DNA of 20,000 bases from an uncultured virus (IMG/VR IMGVR_UViG_3300050019_000387) (IMGVR_UViG_3300050019_000387), one strand, 5' to 3'. Shown: positions 7,869 through 16,438, counted from the stretch's first letter. The notes: generated by a model from the sequence alone, not told the origin. Program-made: numbers and translations.

Positions 7869-8453
7869 TCATTGTGAGATGTCGATGCCGCCGGCCGCGT
7901 GCGCCGGGACTGCGCTGTCGGAGAGGTTCAGCGCGCGGTTGAGTTGGTCGGCGCAGAAGCCGAGCGCCGCCTCGACGCTCGCCCCGGAAAGGTTCTCGAC
8001 TTCATGCCAGCCGTAGGTCGCGCCGTGCCGCTCACCGCCTGGGCTGATGACGAGCATGAACAACCCGCCGATATTGTCGTCATCGGCGAAGCAGTCGATC
8101 TCCAGGCCCGCGGGCGTGGTGAGTGCGCCCGCCGCCACGGCTTCGTCGACGAGCGACGTGGCAGCCTGACCGCACTCGATGTCACCCGCGTCGGGCACGA
8201 GCATGTCCTCGGTGATCTTCTCCGGGTCCACGCGAACCGGGTCGCCGTCGTAGCTGATGCGAAGCGTGGGCGCTTGGCGCTCTGCTGCGGCGAGCGCACG
8301 GATCTGTGCTGCCGCTTGCGTGTGGGTCTGTTGTGCGCCGTCTGAGTCCGGCTCGTCGGCGGCGTGCGCGAGTGTATTGGCAGCGCGCTCGAGCTCGCTG
8401 TGGGTGAGCGAGCGGGCGAGCGCGCGCAGCGCGAGGTTGGTGCTGTCAATCAT
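7869..8453 (-). CDS. Hypothetical protein (194 aa)
   Basis: GAGAGGA RBS before ATG 8453 (MIDSTNLALRAL). Its stop abuts the RBS of the next gene. Confidence 0.8.
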   Translation of the reverse strand: MIDSTNLALRALARSLTHSELERAANTLAHAADEPDSDGAQQTHTQAAAQIRALAAAERQAPTLRISYDGDPVRVDPEKITEDMLVPDAGDIECGQAATSLVDEAVAAGALTTPAGLEIDCFADDDNIGGLFMLVISPGGERHGATYGWHEVENLSGASVEAALGFCADQLNRALNLSDSAVPAHAAGGIDISQ

Positions 8454-8533
8454 CTGGTTCCTCTCACTTCGAAGGGTGGTCAAAGGGCGCGGGTTCGGGC
8501 GAGAGGTCCGGTCGGGCGCCGGCCGGTGTGGCG

Positions 8534-8800
8534 CTAGACGAGCGCGAGTTGCTCGTTTTCGATTGCCGCCCACCAGCCGTCGAAGCCGGGCAGCGCCTTC
8601 TCCTGGGCGCTGGCGGGCCTGCGACGACGAAACGTCTCGCGCGTGGGCAACTCGCTCCTGCGGCGTAGCCTGTAGACGCGCTCGATCCCGTCGTGGGTGT
8701 CGATGAGGCCGAGCGAGCCGACGCGCTGCTCGCATTGGGCTCGGGTGCCGTGCGCGAGGACGCGCAGGTCGCGGTTTGCGATGTGGCGAGGCGGGGCCAA
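8534..8800 (-). CDS. Small hypothetical protein, start uncertain (possible 5' frameshift)
   Basis: Coding-like frame (DLRVLAHGTRAQCEQRVGSLGLID...GWWAAIENEQLALV). TTG 8800 has no RBS, and the GTG 8826 coupled to the ardC stop is out of frame. Confidence 0.5.
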   Translation of the reverse strand: MAPPRHIANRDLRVLAHGTRAQCEQRVGSLGLIDTHDGIERVYRLRRRSELPTRETFRRRRPASAQEKALPGFDGWWAAIENEQLALV

Positions 8801-8822
8801 GCGGCGTTCGGCGGAGCGGCGC

Positions 8823-9806
8823 TCACGCGGCGACCGCGAGCGGTGTTCTCTGGCTGGGGTCGGAGTCGACGGGGCGGGCTGCAGGTCGCTGGGCGCCGAG
8901 GATGAAGTCGCTCGCGCGTTGCGCTTGGCCGGCGGCGCTGATCAGCAGCTTGGGGTCATCGCGCAGTTTGCTCATCCATGAGGCGATGTACGCGGCAGTG
9001 TTGGTCTGCAGTGCCGGCACGTCGATGTCGGCGATCGCGCACATAAACGCGGCACCCATCTCCGCGACGAGCTCCTCCCGCGAGTACCCCAAGCCAGCGA
9101 ACTCACCGATCTCCATGACCTCCTTGCGCGCGAGGCGCCGACGGTGGCCGGTGGAGTGGACGTGCTCGTGAAAGGAGACCGCGTAGTAGGCCTCGCGGGT
9201 CTCGAAGGACTCTGGCTGGGGCAGCCCGACGGTGTCCAACGCGGGCCGGTAATAGGCGTGCGAGCCGCCGTGGATAACGCGCGGCGGATCAGGCATCTTC
9301 GCGAGTAGCGAGCGCGCGGCCTCGATCGGCTCAAACGACGCGCGCTCTGGCAGCGGCGGGATCCGCTCGGTGAGCTCGTCGCACTGCTCGATGTTGAAGA
9401 CGTTGTAGTGGCGAAGCAGCGGGATCCGCCTCGGCTTCTCCGCGCCATCCTCCTCGGCTTGGATCACAAGCTGCTTCCAAAACACGATCATCGTGCTCTG
9501 CTCACCGCGGCGCACAGCACCACCCAAGGTGATCGCCTGACGGAATGTCACCCAATAGGGCGAGGTGTAACCGGCGGTGGCGGCGGTGAGGTCGAGGAGC
9601 AGCGTGTTCACGCCCCGGTAGGGCTTGCGGGAGGCGAGGTTGACGTGGGTGTAGCGGTCGCTGTCGGCATGGCGATCAACCCGCCACGGCCGTCGCCAGG
9701 GGACGACGCCGTCCTCAAGCGAGGTCAGGACGCGCCCGGTCACCTCGGCATAGATGTCGCGAGGCGGCCCGCTGGGACGGCGGTTCTTCGCGCGAGTGGG
9801 GCTCAT
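8823..9806 (-). CDS. ardC: ArdC-family antirestriction protein (N-terminal ssDNA-binding domain plus zincin-like metallopeptidase), 327 aa
   Basis: AAGGAG RBS before ATG 9806. Family motifs: DIYAEVT..LEDGVVPWRRPW, PYRGVN, WVTFRQA..GGAVRRGE, YNVFNIEQ, AYYRP..D, HEHVHSTGH..RL (HExxH), YSREELVAE, AAYIASW and AQRASDFI. Confidence 0.93.
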   Translation of the reverse strand: MSPTRAKNRRPSGPPRDIYAEVTGRVLTSLEDGVVPWRRPWRVDRHADSDRYTHVNLASRKPYRGVNTLLLDLTAATAGYTSPYWVTFRQAITLGGAVRRGEQSTMIVFWKQLVIQAEEDGAEKPRRIPLLRHYNVFNIEQCDELTERIPPLPERASFEPIEAARSLLAKMPDPPRVIHGGSHAYYRPALDTVGLPQPESFETREAYYAVSFHEHVHSTGHRRRLARKEVMEIGEFAGLGYSREELVAEMGAAFMCAIADIDVPALQTNTAAYIASWMSKLRDDPKLLISAAGQAQRASDFILGAQRPAARPVDSDPSQRTPLAVAA

Positions 9807-9829
9807 GTGGTTCTCCTTGCTAGGTCTGT

Positions 9830-9879
9830 GCTCGCCGAACCGCACGGCTAGCGAGCGGACGGTGCGCTTCGGGGCGAGC
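9830..9879. other. Imperfect long hairpin directly upstream of the ardC RBS
   Basis: gctcgcc-gaa-c-cgcac ... gtgcg-c-ttc-gg-ggcgagc. Confidence 0.5.
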
Positions 9880-9973
9880 GAGGGTTCGGGCGCGTGGCGG
9901 CGTCACGTGGCGCTTCGGCTTCTCAGCGCTGGGCGCTGCTTCGAGCGCACGTGCTCGGCGCCGCGGTGTCGTT

Positions 9974-9997
9974 GCCGGCGACCTCTCGGTCGTCGGC
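9974..9997. other. 10 bp hairpin downstream of the 10011 stop
   Basis: gccggcgacc-tctc-ggtcgtcggc. One G.T pair on +, GAGA tetraloop on -. Confidence 0.5.
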
Positions 9998-10010
9998 CTT
10001 TACTGGCCAG

Positions 10011-10808
10011 TTACAGGGCTCCGGTTGCCGTGTCGGCGGGCGCGTAGATCTCAACGCGCGGCGGGTCGGTCTGGGTCCAACGCCAGGCGCGCCCTGTTCC
10101 ACTGAGGCGGCGCGTCAACTCGACCTCCTCGTCGTCGTAGCCGAAGTCCGCCGCGCGGTTCATCCGCGCGACAAGGAGCCCTGTCGAGAGGTGCGCGAAG
10201 CGCGGCAACTGTTCGCTGGCCTCGTGGTTGTGTTGGGGCATTGCGGGTCGTTTCGTCGATTCTTGGTCTTGCACGTCGTCGTCGCTAATCGCGTACTGCC
10301 GGCAGACCTCCATCAGAAAGTCGCTTGCTGAGAGGTCGCCGGGGCTGCGGCTGGCGCGGCGCATGAGCGCGATCAACTCGCCGCGCAGTTCGCTGTTGTC
10401 AGACAGTGGGCAGGGGCGTGGCGGCCATTGCGATGCCCCGTCAGCACGGTCGCTGCGCGTGTCGCGGTCCGCGTCGGCGTTGAGTGTCTTGCGCTGGCGC
10501 ACGGCTCGCCGGCGGCGCCGCCAGGCCGACACGGCGCTGATTGGCTGGCGCCGCCGCGGTGTTCCGGGGTGTCCTGCGAGCCAGCGATCGTCCTCGTCGT
10601 AGACTTCGCAATGTTCGGGCTTATCGAGGCTGATTGCCTCGCGGAGGATCGCCTTGATATCGCCGGGGTCGACGAAGTCGGGCAGGAATGCGATTCGGTA
10701 GTCGGTGATGAAGCCGTCGGCGTTGACAGTGACCTGGTCGAGGTACAGCGGCACGGTCGCTTGGAGGCCGCTTCGCGCGACTGTGTAGGGCGGCGGTTGG
10801 TTCCGCAT
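10011..10808 (-). CDS. Hypothetical protein (265 aa), probable fusion of 2-3 modules; last module may start at ATG 10241
   Basis: GAAAGGA RBS before ATG 10808. Arg-rich low-complexity linker. C-terminal module contains RMNRAADFGYDDEEVELTRRL..AWRW. Confidence 0.7.
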   Translation of the reverse strand: MRNQPPPYTVARSGLQATVPLYLDQVTVNADGFITDYRIAFLPDFVDPGDIKAILREAISLDKPEHCEVYDEDDRWLAGHPGTPRRRQPISAVSAWRRRRRAVRQRKTLNADADRDTRSDRADGASQWPPRPCPLSDNSELRGELIALMRRASRSPGDLSASDFLMEVCRQYAISDDDVQDQESTKRPAMPQHNHEASEQLPRFAHLSTGLLVARMNRAADFGYDDEEVELTRRLSGTGRAWRWTQTDPPRVEIYAPADTATGAL

Positions 10809-10862
10809 GGATGGGTCCTTTCGGTTGCAGATTGGGTGCGATCGGCTCGCCCGGTTGGGCGT

Positions 10863-11819
10863 TCAGGCGGTGGCCGTCTCGCTCTGTGGTGGGGCGTCGG
10901 CGGGCTCGTAGGGGATCTCGATGAGCAACGTGTGCGGGCCGGTGTAGACCTCCACGCCCGCCGGGTAGTCACGGCCGGCTGGGTAGCGCCGCGCGACGTA
11001 CACGTTGCCTTCGCTTTCGTTTTGTACGCGTGTCTGGCGGGCGTGCGCGACTTGCATCATTTGCTGTGTCGTCTTGTACGCGCCGGCGGGGTAGATTCGG
11101 CTGGCGACGTCGGGCCCGCTGTGTGGGCGCAGGATGATCAGGCGCGCTCCATCCTCGCTGAACGTGCTGGCGGCGAAGCGTGCGAGGCTGAGTCGCCAGT
11201 CGTTGCGCGCGAGGTACGCTCGGTTGCCGCAGCTCGCGCGCAATGCGGCGCCTGTGGCGAGCTCGATTCCGGCTTCGACGCCGGCGTCGTAGGCTTCGAC
11301 ACTGCCGAGTGCTTCGATGTTGGGCTGCATGCCGGCGTCGTTTTCCCACTCGAGCGCGCGACGGCCGAGGTGCTCGTGTTCTTCCTCGGCCAGCTGCTGG
11401 CGCTCGCGGTCAATGCGGGCGCGCAGCACGTCCGGGTCGGGTGTCGCGAGCGGGTCGCTGCCGAGCTGTCGTATGACGTTCAGGCAAGCGAAGCAGCGGA
11501 TCTCCATTTCCAAGTAGTCGTCGCCGGTGCGCAACGTCCCGTCCGGTTCGAACTCGGTGCCGTCGCTGCTGACGGTCATCTCGCCGCGCACGAAGTACGC
11601 GCTGTAGCCGGTCTCCTCGAATTTCTGGTCGCCGCAGTACGGGCAGCTGAAGGGTTGTGGTGTCGAGGGGTCGGCGCGGCGGCTGAGCGGCGTCCATTTC
11701 TTTACGCGCGCGCCGTGTTGCTCTTCGAGGTAGTCGGTGACCGCATCGTTGTCGATCTCGTCAGGAACGTCGATGTTGCTTGTGAGCGCACCGTCGTGCC
11801 AGGTGATTCCTACGAGCAT
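10863..11819 (-). CDS. Zinc-ribbon-containing hypothetical protein (318 aa)
   Basis: GAAAGGAG RBS before ATG 11819 (MLVGITWHDG). Has a CPYC ... CFAC pair. Confidence 0.8.
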   Translation of the reverse strand: MLVGITWHDGALTSNIDVPDEIDNDAVTDYLEEQHGARVKKWTPLSRRADPSTPQPFSCPYCGDQKFEETGYSAYFVRGEMTVSSDGTEFEPDGTLRTGDDYLEMEIRCFACLNVIRQLGSDPLATPDPDVLRARIDRERQQLAEEEHEHLGRRALEWENDAGMQPNIEALGSVEAYDAGVEAGIELATGAALRASCGNRAYLARNDWRLSLARFAASTFSEDGARLIILRPHSGPDVASRIYPAGAYKTTQQMMQVAHARQTRVQNESEGNVYVARRYPAGRDYPAGVEVYTGPHTLLIEIPYEPADAPPQSETATA

Positions 11820-11934
11820 GTTGGGCTCCTTTCGCGGGTTTGCCGGGGTTGTGCGCGTGCGTGCGGACACCCGCAGTTTGTTTGGGGTGCCGCACACGTT
11901 GCGGGGATGGGTGCTGTAGGCGCGGTTGCGGTCG

Positions 11935-12549
11935 CTACGCGGCCGCGACAAGCAGCCGCTCGGTGGGAGCGACGGGGGCGGCCGGTAGGTCGATCGTCGC
12001 GGAGGGCGGGTCGAGGAAGCGCGTCGGGATGCGCCCGTCGGGCAGCGTGCGGCGCCAGAGGTCGGCAAGGTCTTGCGCCCACTCCCAGGCGAGCTCTTCG
12101 CGGAAGTAGGGGTCCTTGACGCCGCTGAGCAGCTCCTCAAGCTCGCTGGTGTCCTCAAGCTCACCGGGGCACGGCGGCAGGATCAGCGCTTCGACGTGGA
12201 CGGCGAGGCCACCGTCGCCGAGGAGGAGACGCTCGAGTTGCAGCGGCTCGCCGCGCTTAAGCGGGCCGAGCTTGTCGATGTCGCTGAGCAGCTCCTCCTG
12301 GATCCCACCGCAGAGGCCGTAGGCGAGTAGGCCGCGCAGGGTGATCTCCGGGTCGCCAGTCGCCACGCGCGGCAGATCGAGGCGGATCGTGACCTCGCCG
12401 TCGGGCTGGTCGAGGGTCTCGATGACGCGAACGGCGACGCAGTGCGCGCGCGGGCGCTGCGCTGAAGCGGTCGGCTCGTGCGTTGAGCCGGTTTCGATGC
12501 TGGGGGTCATGTCCGCGCCGCTGGTGCGCGTGGTGTGCGTGTCAGACAT
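11935..12549 (-). CDS. Hypothetical protein (204 aa)
   Basis: AAGGAG RBS before ATG 12549 (MSDTHTTRT). Acidic coding-like body ending in LLVAAA. Confidence 0.8.
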   Translation of the reverse strand: MSDTHTTRTSGADMTPSIETGSTHEPTASAQRPRAHCVAVRVIETLDQPDGEVTIRLDLPRVATGDPEITLRGLLAYGLCGGIQEELLSDIDKLGPLKRGEPLQLERLLLGDGGLAVHVEALILPPCPGELEDTSELEELLSGVKDPYFREELAWEWAQDLADLWRRTLPDGRIPTRFLDPPSATIDLPAAPVAPTERLLVAAA

Positions 12550-12705
12550 GGTGTCTCCTTGGTTAGTCCTGATTGGTGGTGGCGCGGTCGCGCGCGGTGC
12601 GCAAGCGTGCGGAGGCATCGCCGTGGCCTTGCAGGGCCGCGGCGGGGACGACGGGTGTGTGAGCCGGGTCGGCTTGAGCGTGTGGCGCTCGTGCGCCAGG
12701 CGCGC

Positions 12706-12975
12706 TTAGCGCGCGGTGCGGGCGAGCTCGAGCGCGACGCGCCGCAACGGGATGCCGAGTTGGCGGCGAGCGTGATCGAAGCGGTTGCGCCGGCGCCCGT
12801 AGATGAGGGGCAAGAGCGGTAGCACGGCGCGCAGCAGCGGTGAGATTTGCTGTTCGAGTTCGTCTTGGAGCGCGCGTGAGATGGCGCAGCGGAAGCGGTA
12901 GTGCGCGAGCAACTTGCGCGTGGCGGCGCGGCGCTGGCGCTTGCCCGGTTGGGTGTGAGTCGGGGTGTGGTTCAT
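12706..12975 (-). CDS. Small basic hypothetical protein (89 aa)
   Basis: AAGGAAGG RBS before ATG 12975. Arg/Leu-rich and probably helical. Confidence 0.6.
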   Translation of the reverse strand: MNHTPTHTQPGKRQRRAATRKLLAHYRFRCAISRALQDELEQQISPLLRAVLPLLPLIYGRRRNRFDHARRQLGIPLRRVALELARTAR

Positions 12976-13027
12976 TAGTGCCCTTCCTTGGTTTGCGATT
13001 GATGTGGGCTGGGTGTTGTGGCTGCGG

Positions 13028-13633
13028 TTAGGGCGCGCTGATCGCGCGGGTCTGGTAGGTGGCGTGCGGGCCAGCGCGGTCGAAGTACACGCCGACGCGG
13101 GCGGCCGGGTCGGTGGGCATCGCGGGGCCGCGCTTGGGCAGCTGCGCCCAGTGCGCGCGCGCCCATTCGGCGAGCACGAGGACCGCGTCGGTGTCGTTGC
13201 TGGCGAGCCGGTATTCGGTGGTGTCGGCTTCGGTGACGATCACGAGCACCAACTCGCGATCCCCGCCGGTGTTGTAGCCGTCGAAGCTGACACCGGTCTC
13301 AAGCTCGGCGGGGTAGCGCTGGCCGGTGTCGAGGTCGACCATTGCGATCGGGGTGATCGGGATCTCGCTGGCCGCACCGTTGGCGAGCTCGTCGGCGACC
13401 GCCTTGACACTGTCGCCAAGGGTGATCGCGTGGTCGCTGGACTCGCTGATGATGCCGGCGTAGCTCGGGCAGCTCGCGTTTGCGCCGGCGGGGTCTTGTT
13501 TGAGGGTGTCGCCGATGAGCGACTCGAGCCAGTGCTCGGCAATCCGTGGGGTGGCGGCGATCAGCTCGTTGAGTCGGCGCAGCCGCTCGCGGGCGTTCTC
13601 GCTGCGCTTGGGATCAGGGGGTGCGTGGGTCAC
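13028..13633 (-). CDS. Hypothetical protein (201 aa), paralogue of 273-773
   Basis: GGAAAGGA RBS before GTG 13633. Contains CPSY, ASEI and VDLDT motifs. Confidence 0.8.
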   Translation of the reverse strand: MTHAPPDPKRSENARERLRRLNELIAATPRIAEHWLESLIGDTLKQDPAGANASCPSYAGIISESSDHAITLGDSVKAVADELANGAASEIPITPIAMVDLDTGQRYPAELETGVSFDGYNTGGDRELVLVIVTEADTTEYRLASNDTDAVLVLAEWARAHWAQLPKRGPAMPTDPAARVGVYFDRAGPHATYQTRAISAP

Positions 13634-13694
13634 TGTGTCCTTTCCGTTGCTGGGCGCATGAGTGCGGGTCGCGGCGTTGAGTTCAGTGCTGTGC

Positions 13695-14393
13695 TTAGGC
13701 GGCCTCGCGAGCCCACTCGAGGACGGTGTCGGGCGGCTCGGAGTAGTTGGCGCCGATCGTGTCGGCGAGGGTCGCGTCGGGGTTGGCGAGGAGGTAGAGC
13801 GCGTCGTTGAGGAGCAGCTGCAGGAGGTCGCGGGCCCCGGTGTCGCCAGCGTCGACCGCGTCGAGAATCCGCTCCAGCGAGCTATCGATTGCGGCCCGGA
13901 TTTGCGTCTTGCTGTAGCTGCGTGCATCGCCGGAGACTCCTTCGCTGTTGGTGATGTACGGGGTCTGGCGCTGGAGAGTGAGCTCGGCCGGCTCAACGGT
14001 TTCGTGGAGCTCGCTGTCACCCGCCCGGTTGACGGTCCACTCGGTGGGGGTGCCATCAGCGTTGAACGCTTCGCCCTCATCGCCTTGTTTTGCCAGTAGC
14101 GTCGCTCCGCGTAGGCGTAGCTCGACGGGCGCGGCGTCGGATCCGTCGTAGGCCCATTCGGCGAGCGCGCGGGCTTGCGCGGCGCTGCGTGGGATCCGCC
14201 CAGCGGTAGGCGCCATGCGCTCGCGGCTGTACTGCTGGTAGCCGGCGCGGTCAAGCTCGCCGTAGTCGAGCCCTTCGCGGTCGCAGAGGTGGCGCACCTC
14301 GGCGAGCAGCTTCACGCTCGCGGCCACCAGTCGCCCGCGCGTCCTGTTGTTGTCGCCGCTGGGTGCGGCAGGGGTGCTGTTGGTAGGGGTCAT
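13695..14393 (-). CDS. Hypothetical protein (232 aa)
   Basis: GGAAAGGA RBS before ATG 14393. N-terminal helical motif LLAEVRHLCDREGLDYGELDRAGYQQY. Ends WAREAA. Confidence 0.8.
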   Translation of the reverse strand: MTPTNSTPAAPSGDNNRTRGRLVAASVKLLAEVRHLCDREGLDYGELDRAGYQQYSRERMAPTAGRIPRSAAQARALAEWAYDGSDAAPVELRLRGATLLAKQGDEGEAFNADGTPTEWTVNRAGDSELHETVEPAELTLQRQTPYITNSEGVSGDARSYSKTQIRAAIDSSLERILDAVDAGDTGARDLLQLLLNDALYLLANPDATLADTIGANYSEPPDTVLEWAREAA

Positions 14394-14433
14394 CTGGGTT
14401 CCTTTCCTTGGTTGGTGGACGCTCAGGGGGCGG

Positions 14434-15828
14434 TCACGCGGCGATCGCCAGTGCCGGCGCGGCGGCCTGGCTGTCCGGGTCGTAGAGGTCGCGGAAGCGC
14501 GGGACGGTTAGCGTTGGGTCGTTGCGCAGCGCGCAGTTGAGGGCGTGCTCGATGAGCCGGCGGGTGAGCTGACCGGGGTGGCTGGTCCCGCCGCGGGCGA
14601 GGATCTGCCCGACGATCGTGCGGTTCAGCCCGACGATCTCCGCAGTCCGGGTGATGCCGCCGTATTGGCACGCGCGCGCGGCGAGCCACGCGACGAACGG
14701 CCGGGAGTCGACGAGCTCGCGCTGCGCGCCGGCGAGCGTGAGCGTCAGCGCCGCTTCGCGCTGCTGGGAGCGCTTTTTGGAGTGCGCATAGCAGTGGCGC
14801 TCACCGGGGAGCGCGTGGTTTCGACAGCGCTTGCCGGTCCGCTTCGTCGTAGCGCGGCAGCGAGGGCGCAGGCCGCCGCGGCGCTGACGCGCAACCTCAC
14901 GCGTGTAGGCCGCCTGGTGGCGGTGAATTGACATGCCGTGGCGGTAGTTGGCCGCGATCGTTGCCTGGCGCTGCTCGCGGGCGGACCAGCCGTTGCGCTG
15001 GAATTGCTGCTGCAGGGTGCTGGCTAGCGAGCGGTCGCTGCGGTAGCCGAGGCTTGGCCAGCGCGCGCGCAACAGACGGGCGATCCGCAGAAACCCGTAG
15101 TGGCAGCTGTAGTAGCGCCACGCCGCCTCCCACATCACGCGTGTGGGCAGTGGTCCTTGGTACTCCGGTGGGCTTGAGTGCAGGTTGCCCGCGGGAGCAC
15201 CGGTTGGCTCTGCCGGTTCGGCGGGTTTAGGGGCGGGCGCGGGTTTGAGCGCGCGAAGGGGTGTCGGCTGGCGCCGCGGCGGGCGTGGGCGCGGCTTGCT
15301 TTGGCGGCCGCGGGCAGCGGTTCGCGGCCGGTCGGGGATCTTTGTCGAGCACCACGCGCAGCGCTCCTCGAGGACCGCGACCTCTTCAGAGCAGGTTGGG
15401 CAGAAGTGCTCCTCAAGCTCGGCGGTGTCGGTGTCCTCGTAGAGTTCCCACATCGCGCTGCCGGCGTGCTCGAGTGCGGCTTCGATGAGATCGGCGGGTG
15501 CCAGCAGCCGGCCGTACTGGTCGTGGTGGGCGCCGTTGTAGGGGGTGTTGGCGCGCCAGTGCTGCAGGCGTCGGCGCGCGTTCTCGCTGCTCCAGCCGAT
15601 GTCGTTGAGCAGCGCCTCAACCCCGCCGGTGCTCTTCAGCGGCTCAAGGCCTCGGCGACGCTGCTCGCGTGCCTGGCGGGTGTCGTGGTCGCGGATGCGC
15701 TGCTCGGCCCAGGCGAGGAACGGTGCGGCGTCGACCGTTGCGCGATCACGCGCGCGCGAAGCGCGCGTCGGTGCGGGTGGCGTTGGTGTGGCGCGGCGGC
15801 GTTTTAGTGGTGTCGGTTGGGCTGCCAC
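14434..15828 (-). CDS. Multidomain putative DNA-binding protein (464 aa): duplicated HTH-like domain, C4 zinc ribbon, C3H finger
   Basis: GAAAGGAGG RBS before GTG 15828. Contains CPTC..CAWC, RCRATTKRTGKRCRNHALPGERHCYAH and HTH-like GGITRTAEIVGLNRTIVGQIL. Confidence 0.7.
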   Translation of the reverse strand: MAAQPTPLKRRRATPTPPAPTRASRARDRATVDAAPFLAWAEQRIRDHDTRQAREQRRRGLEPLKSTGGVEALLNDIGWSSENARRRLQHWRANTPYNGAHHDQYGRLLAPADLIEAALEHAGSAMWELYEDTDTAELEEHFCPTCSEEVAVLEERCAWCSTKIPDRPRTAARGRQSKPRPRPPRRQPTPLRALKPAPAPKPAEPAEPTGAPAGNLHSSPPEYQGPLPTRVMWEAAWRYYSCHYGFLRIARLLRARWPSLGYRSDRSLASTLQQQFQRNGWSAREQRQATIAANYRHGMSIHRHQAAYTREVARQRRGGLRPRCRATTKRTGKRCRNHALPGERHCYAHSKKRSQQREAALTLTLAGAQRELVDSRPFVAWLAARACQYGGITRTAEIVGLNRTIVGQILARGGTSHPGQLTRRLIEHALNCALRNDPTLTVPRFRDLYDPDSQAAAPALAIAA

Positions 15829-15900
15829 GCGCGGCCTCCTTTCGTCGGTGGTTGTGGCGGGTCGTGTCGTGTTGTTGTCGCGTCTGGGGGCCTCGCCCCC

Positions 15901-15954
15901 CCCCGGGTTGGCGTGCCGCGGTGTGTGCTGCGCCGCGTGCACGCTAACTCGGGG
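15901..15954 (+). other. Long intergenic hairpin (about 24 bp, one bulge)
   Basis: ccccgggttggcgtgc / gcacgctaactcgggg plus inner cgcggtgt / gcgccgcg. All four non-Watson-Crick pairs are G.T on +. Confidence 0.7.
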
Positions 15955-16005
15955 CGCTGTCCCCGCCCAGGTGTGGGCGGAGACATCGGCCGTGCTCGCT
16001 GCTTT

Positions 16006-16293
16006 TCAGTGAGCGGGGAGCGCGATCAGCTCGCGCGCAAGGTTGCGCTCGCCGGCGAATGCGCGGCAGCGCGCGATCGCCTGGCGGAACGCGGGCATCC
16101 CTGCCAGTTCGCGCCGCCCGAGTCCGGCTGCGGCCGCGCTCGCGACGAGGCCTTGCAGTTCGCGTCGCTCCCGCTCAAGTCGGGCGCTTGCGAGCTCGCG
16201 CCGCTCATGCGGGCAGGCCAGGCGGTGGGTCTCCGCCGCCTCGGGGTTGTGCGACCAGTGACCAGGGCGTGCGGATGCGGTGACGTTCTTCAT
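16006..16293 (-). CDS. Small hypothetical protein (95 aa)
   Basis: GGAG RBS before ATG 16293. Confidence 0.6.
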   Translation of the reverse strand: MKNVTASARPGHWSHNPEAAETHRLACPHERRELASARLERERRELQGLVASAAAAGLGRRELAGMPAFRQAIARCRAFAGERNLARELIALPAH

Positions 16294-16438
16294 TTGTGGC
16301 TCCGTTCATGAGTGATGGATCGGACCGCCGTTCGGCGGGGCCCGAAAGGGGTTGCGCTGAGCGGGTCCGTGCCCGGGGGCGCGGGGGGTGTTGGGCTCAG
16401 CGGGTGCTCGCCGCCGTATGGCGCGAGCGGCCGGCGTG

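Noticed and set aside
14900..15140. Serine-recombinase identity for 14434-15828
   Set aside because: There is only a vague helical resemblance and no catalytic YxRxS resolvase domain.
15896..15904. C9 homopolymer as a phase-variation tract
   Set aside because: It is intergenic, partly forms a hairpin arm, and has no identifiable promoter context.
10863..15942. Extended N-termini in the ORF track (starts 12164, 12618, 14254, 15942; also 1079, 2369, 3318, 8735, 9845)
   Set aside because: The extensions are low-complexity or overlap neighbouring genes, and strong RBSs mark downstream starts.
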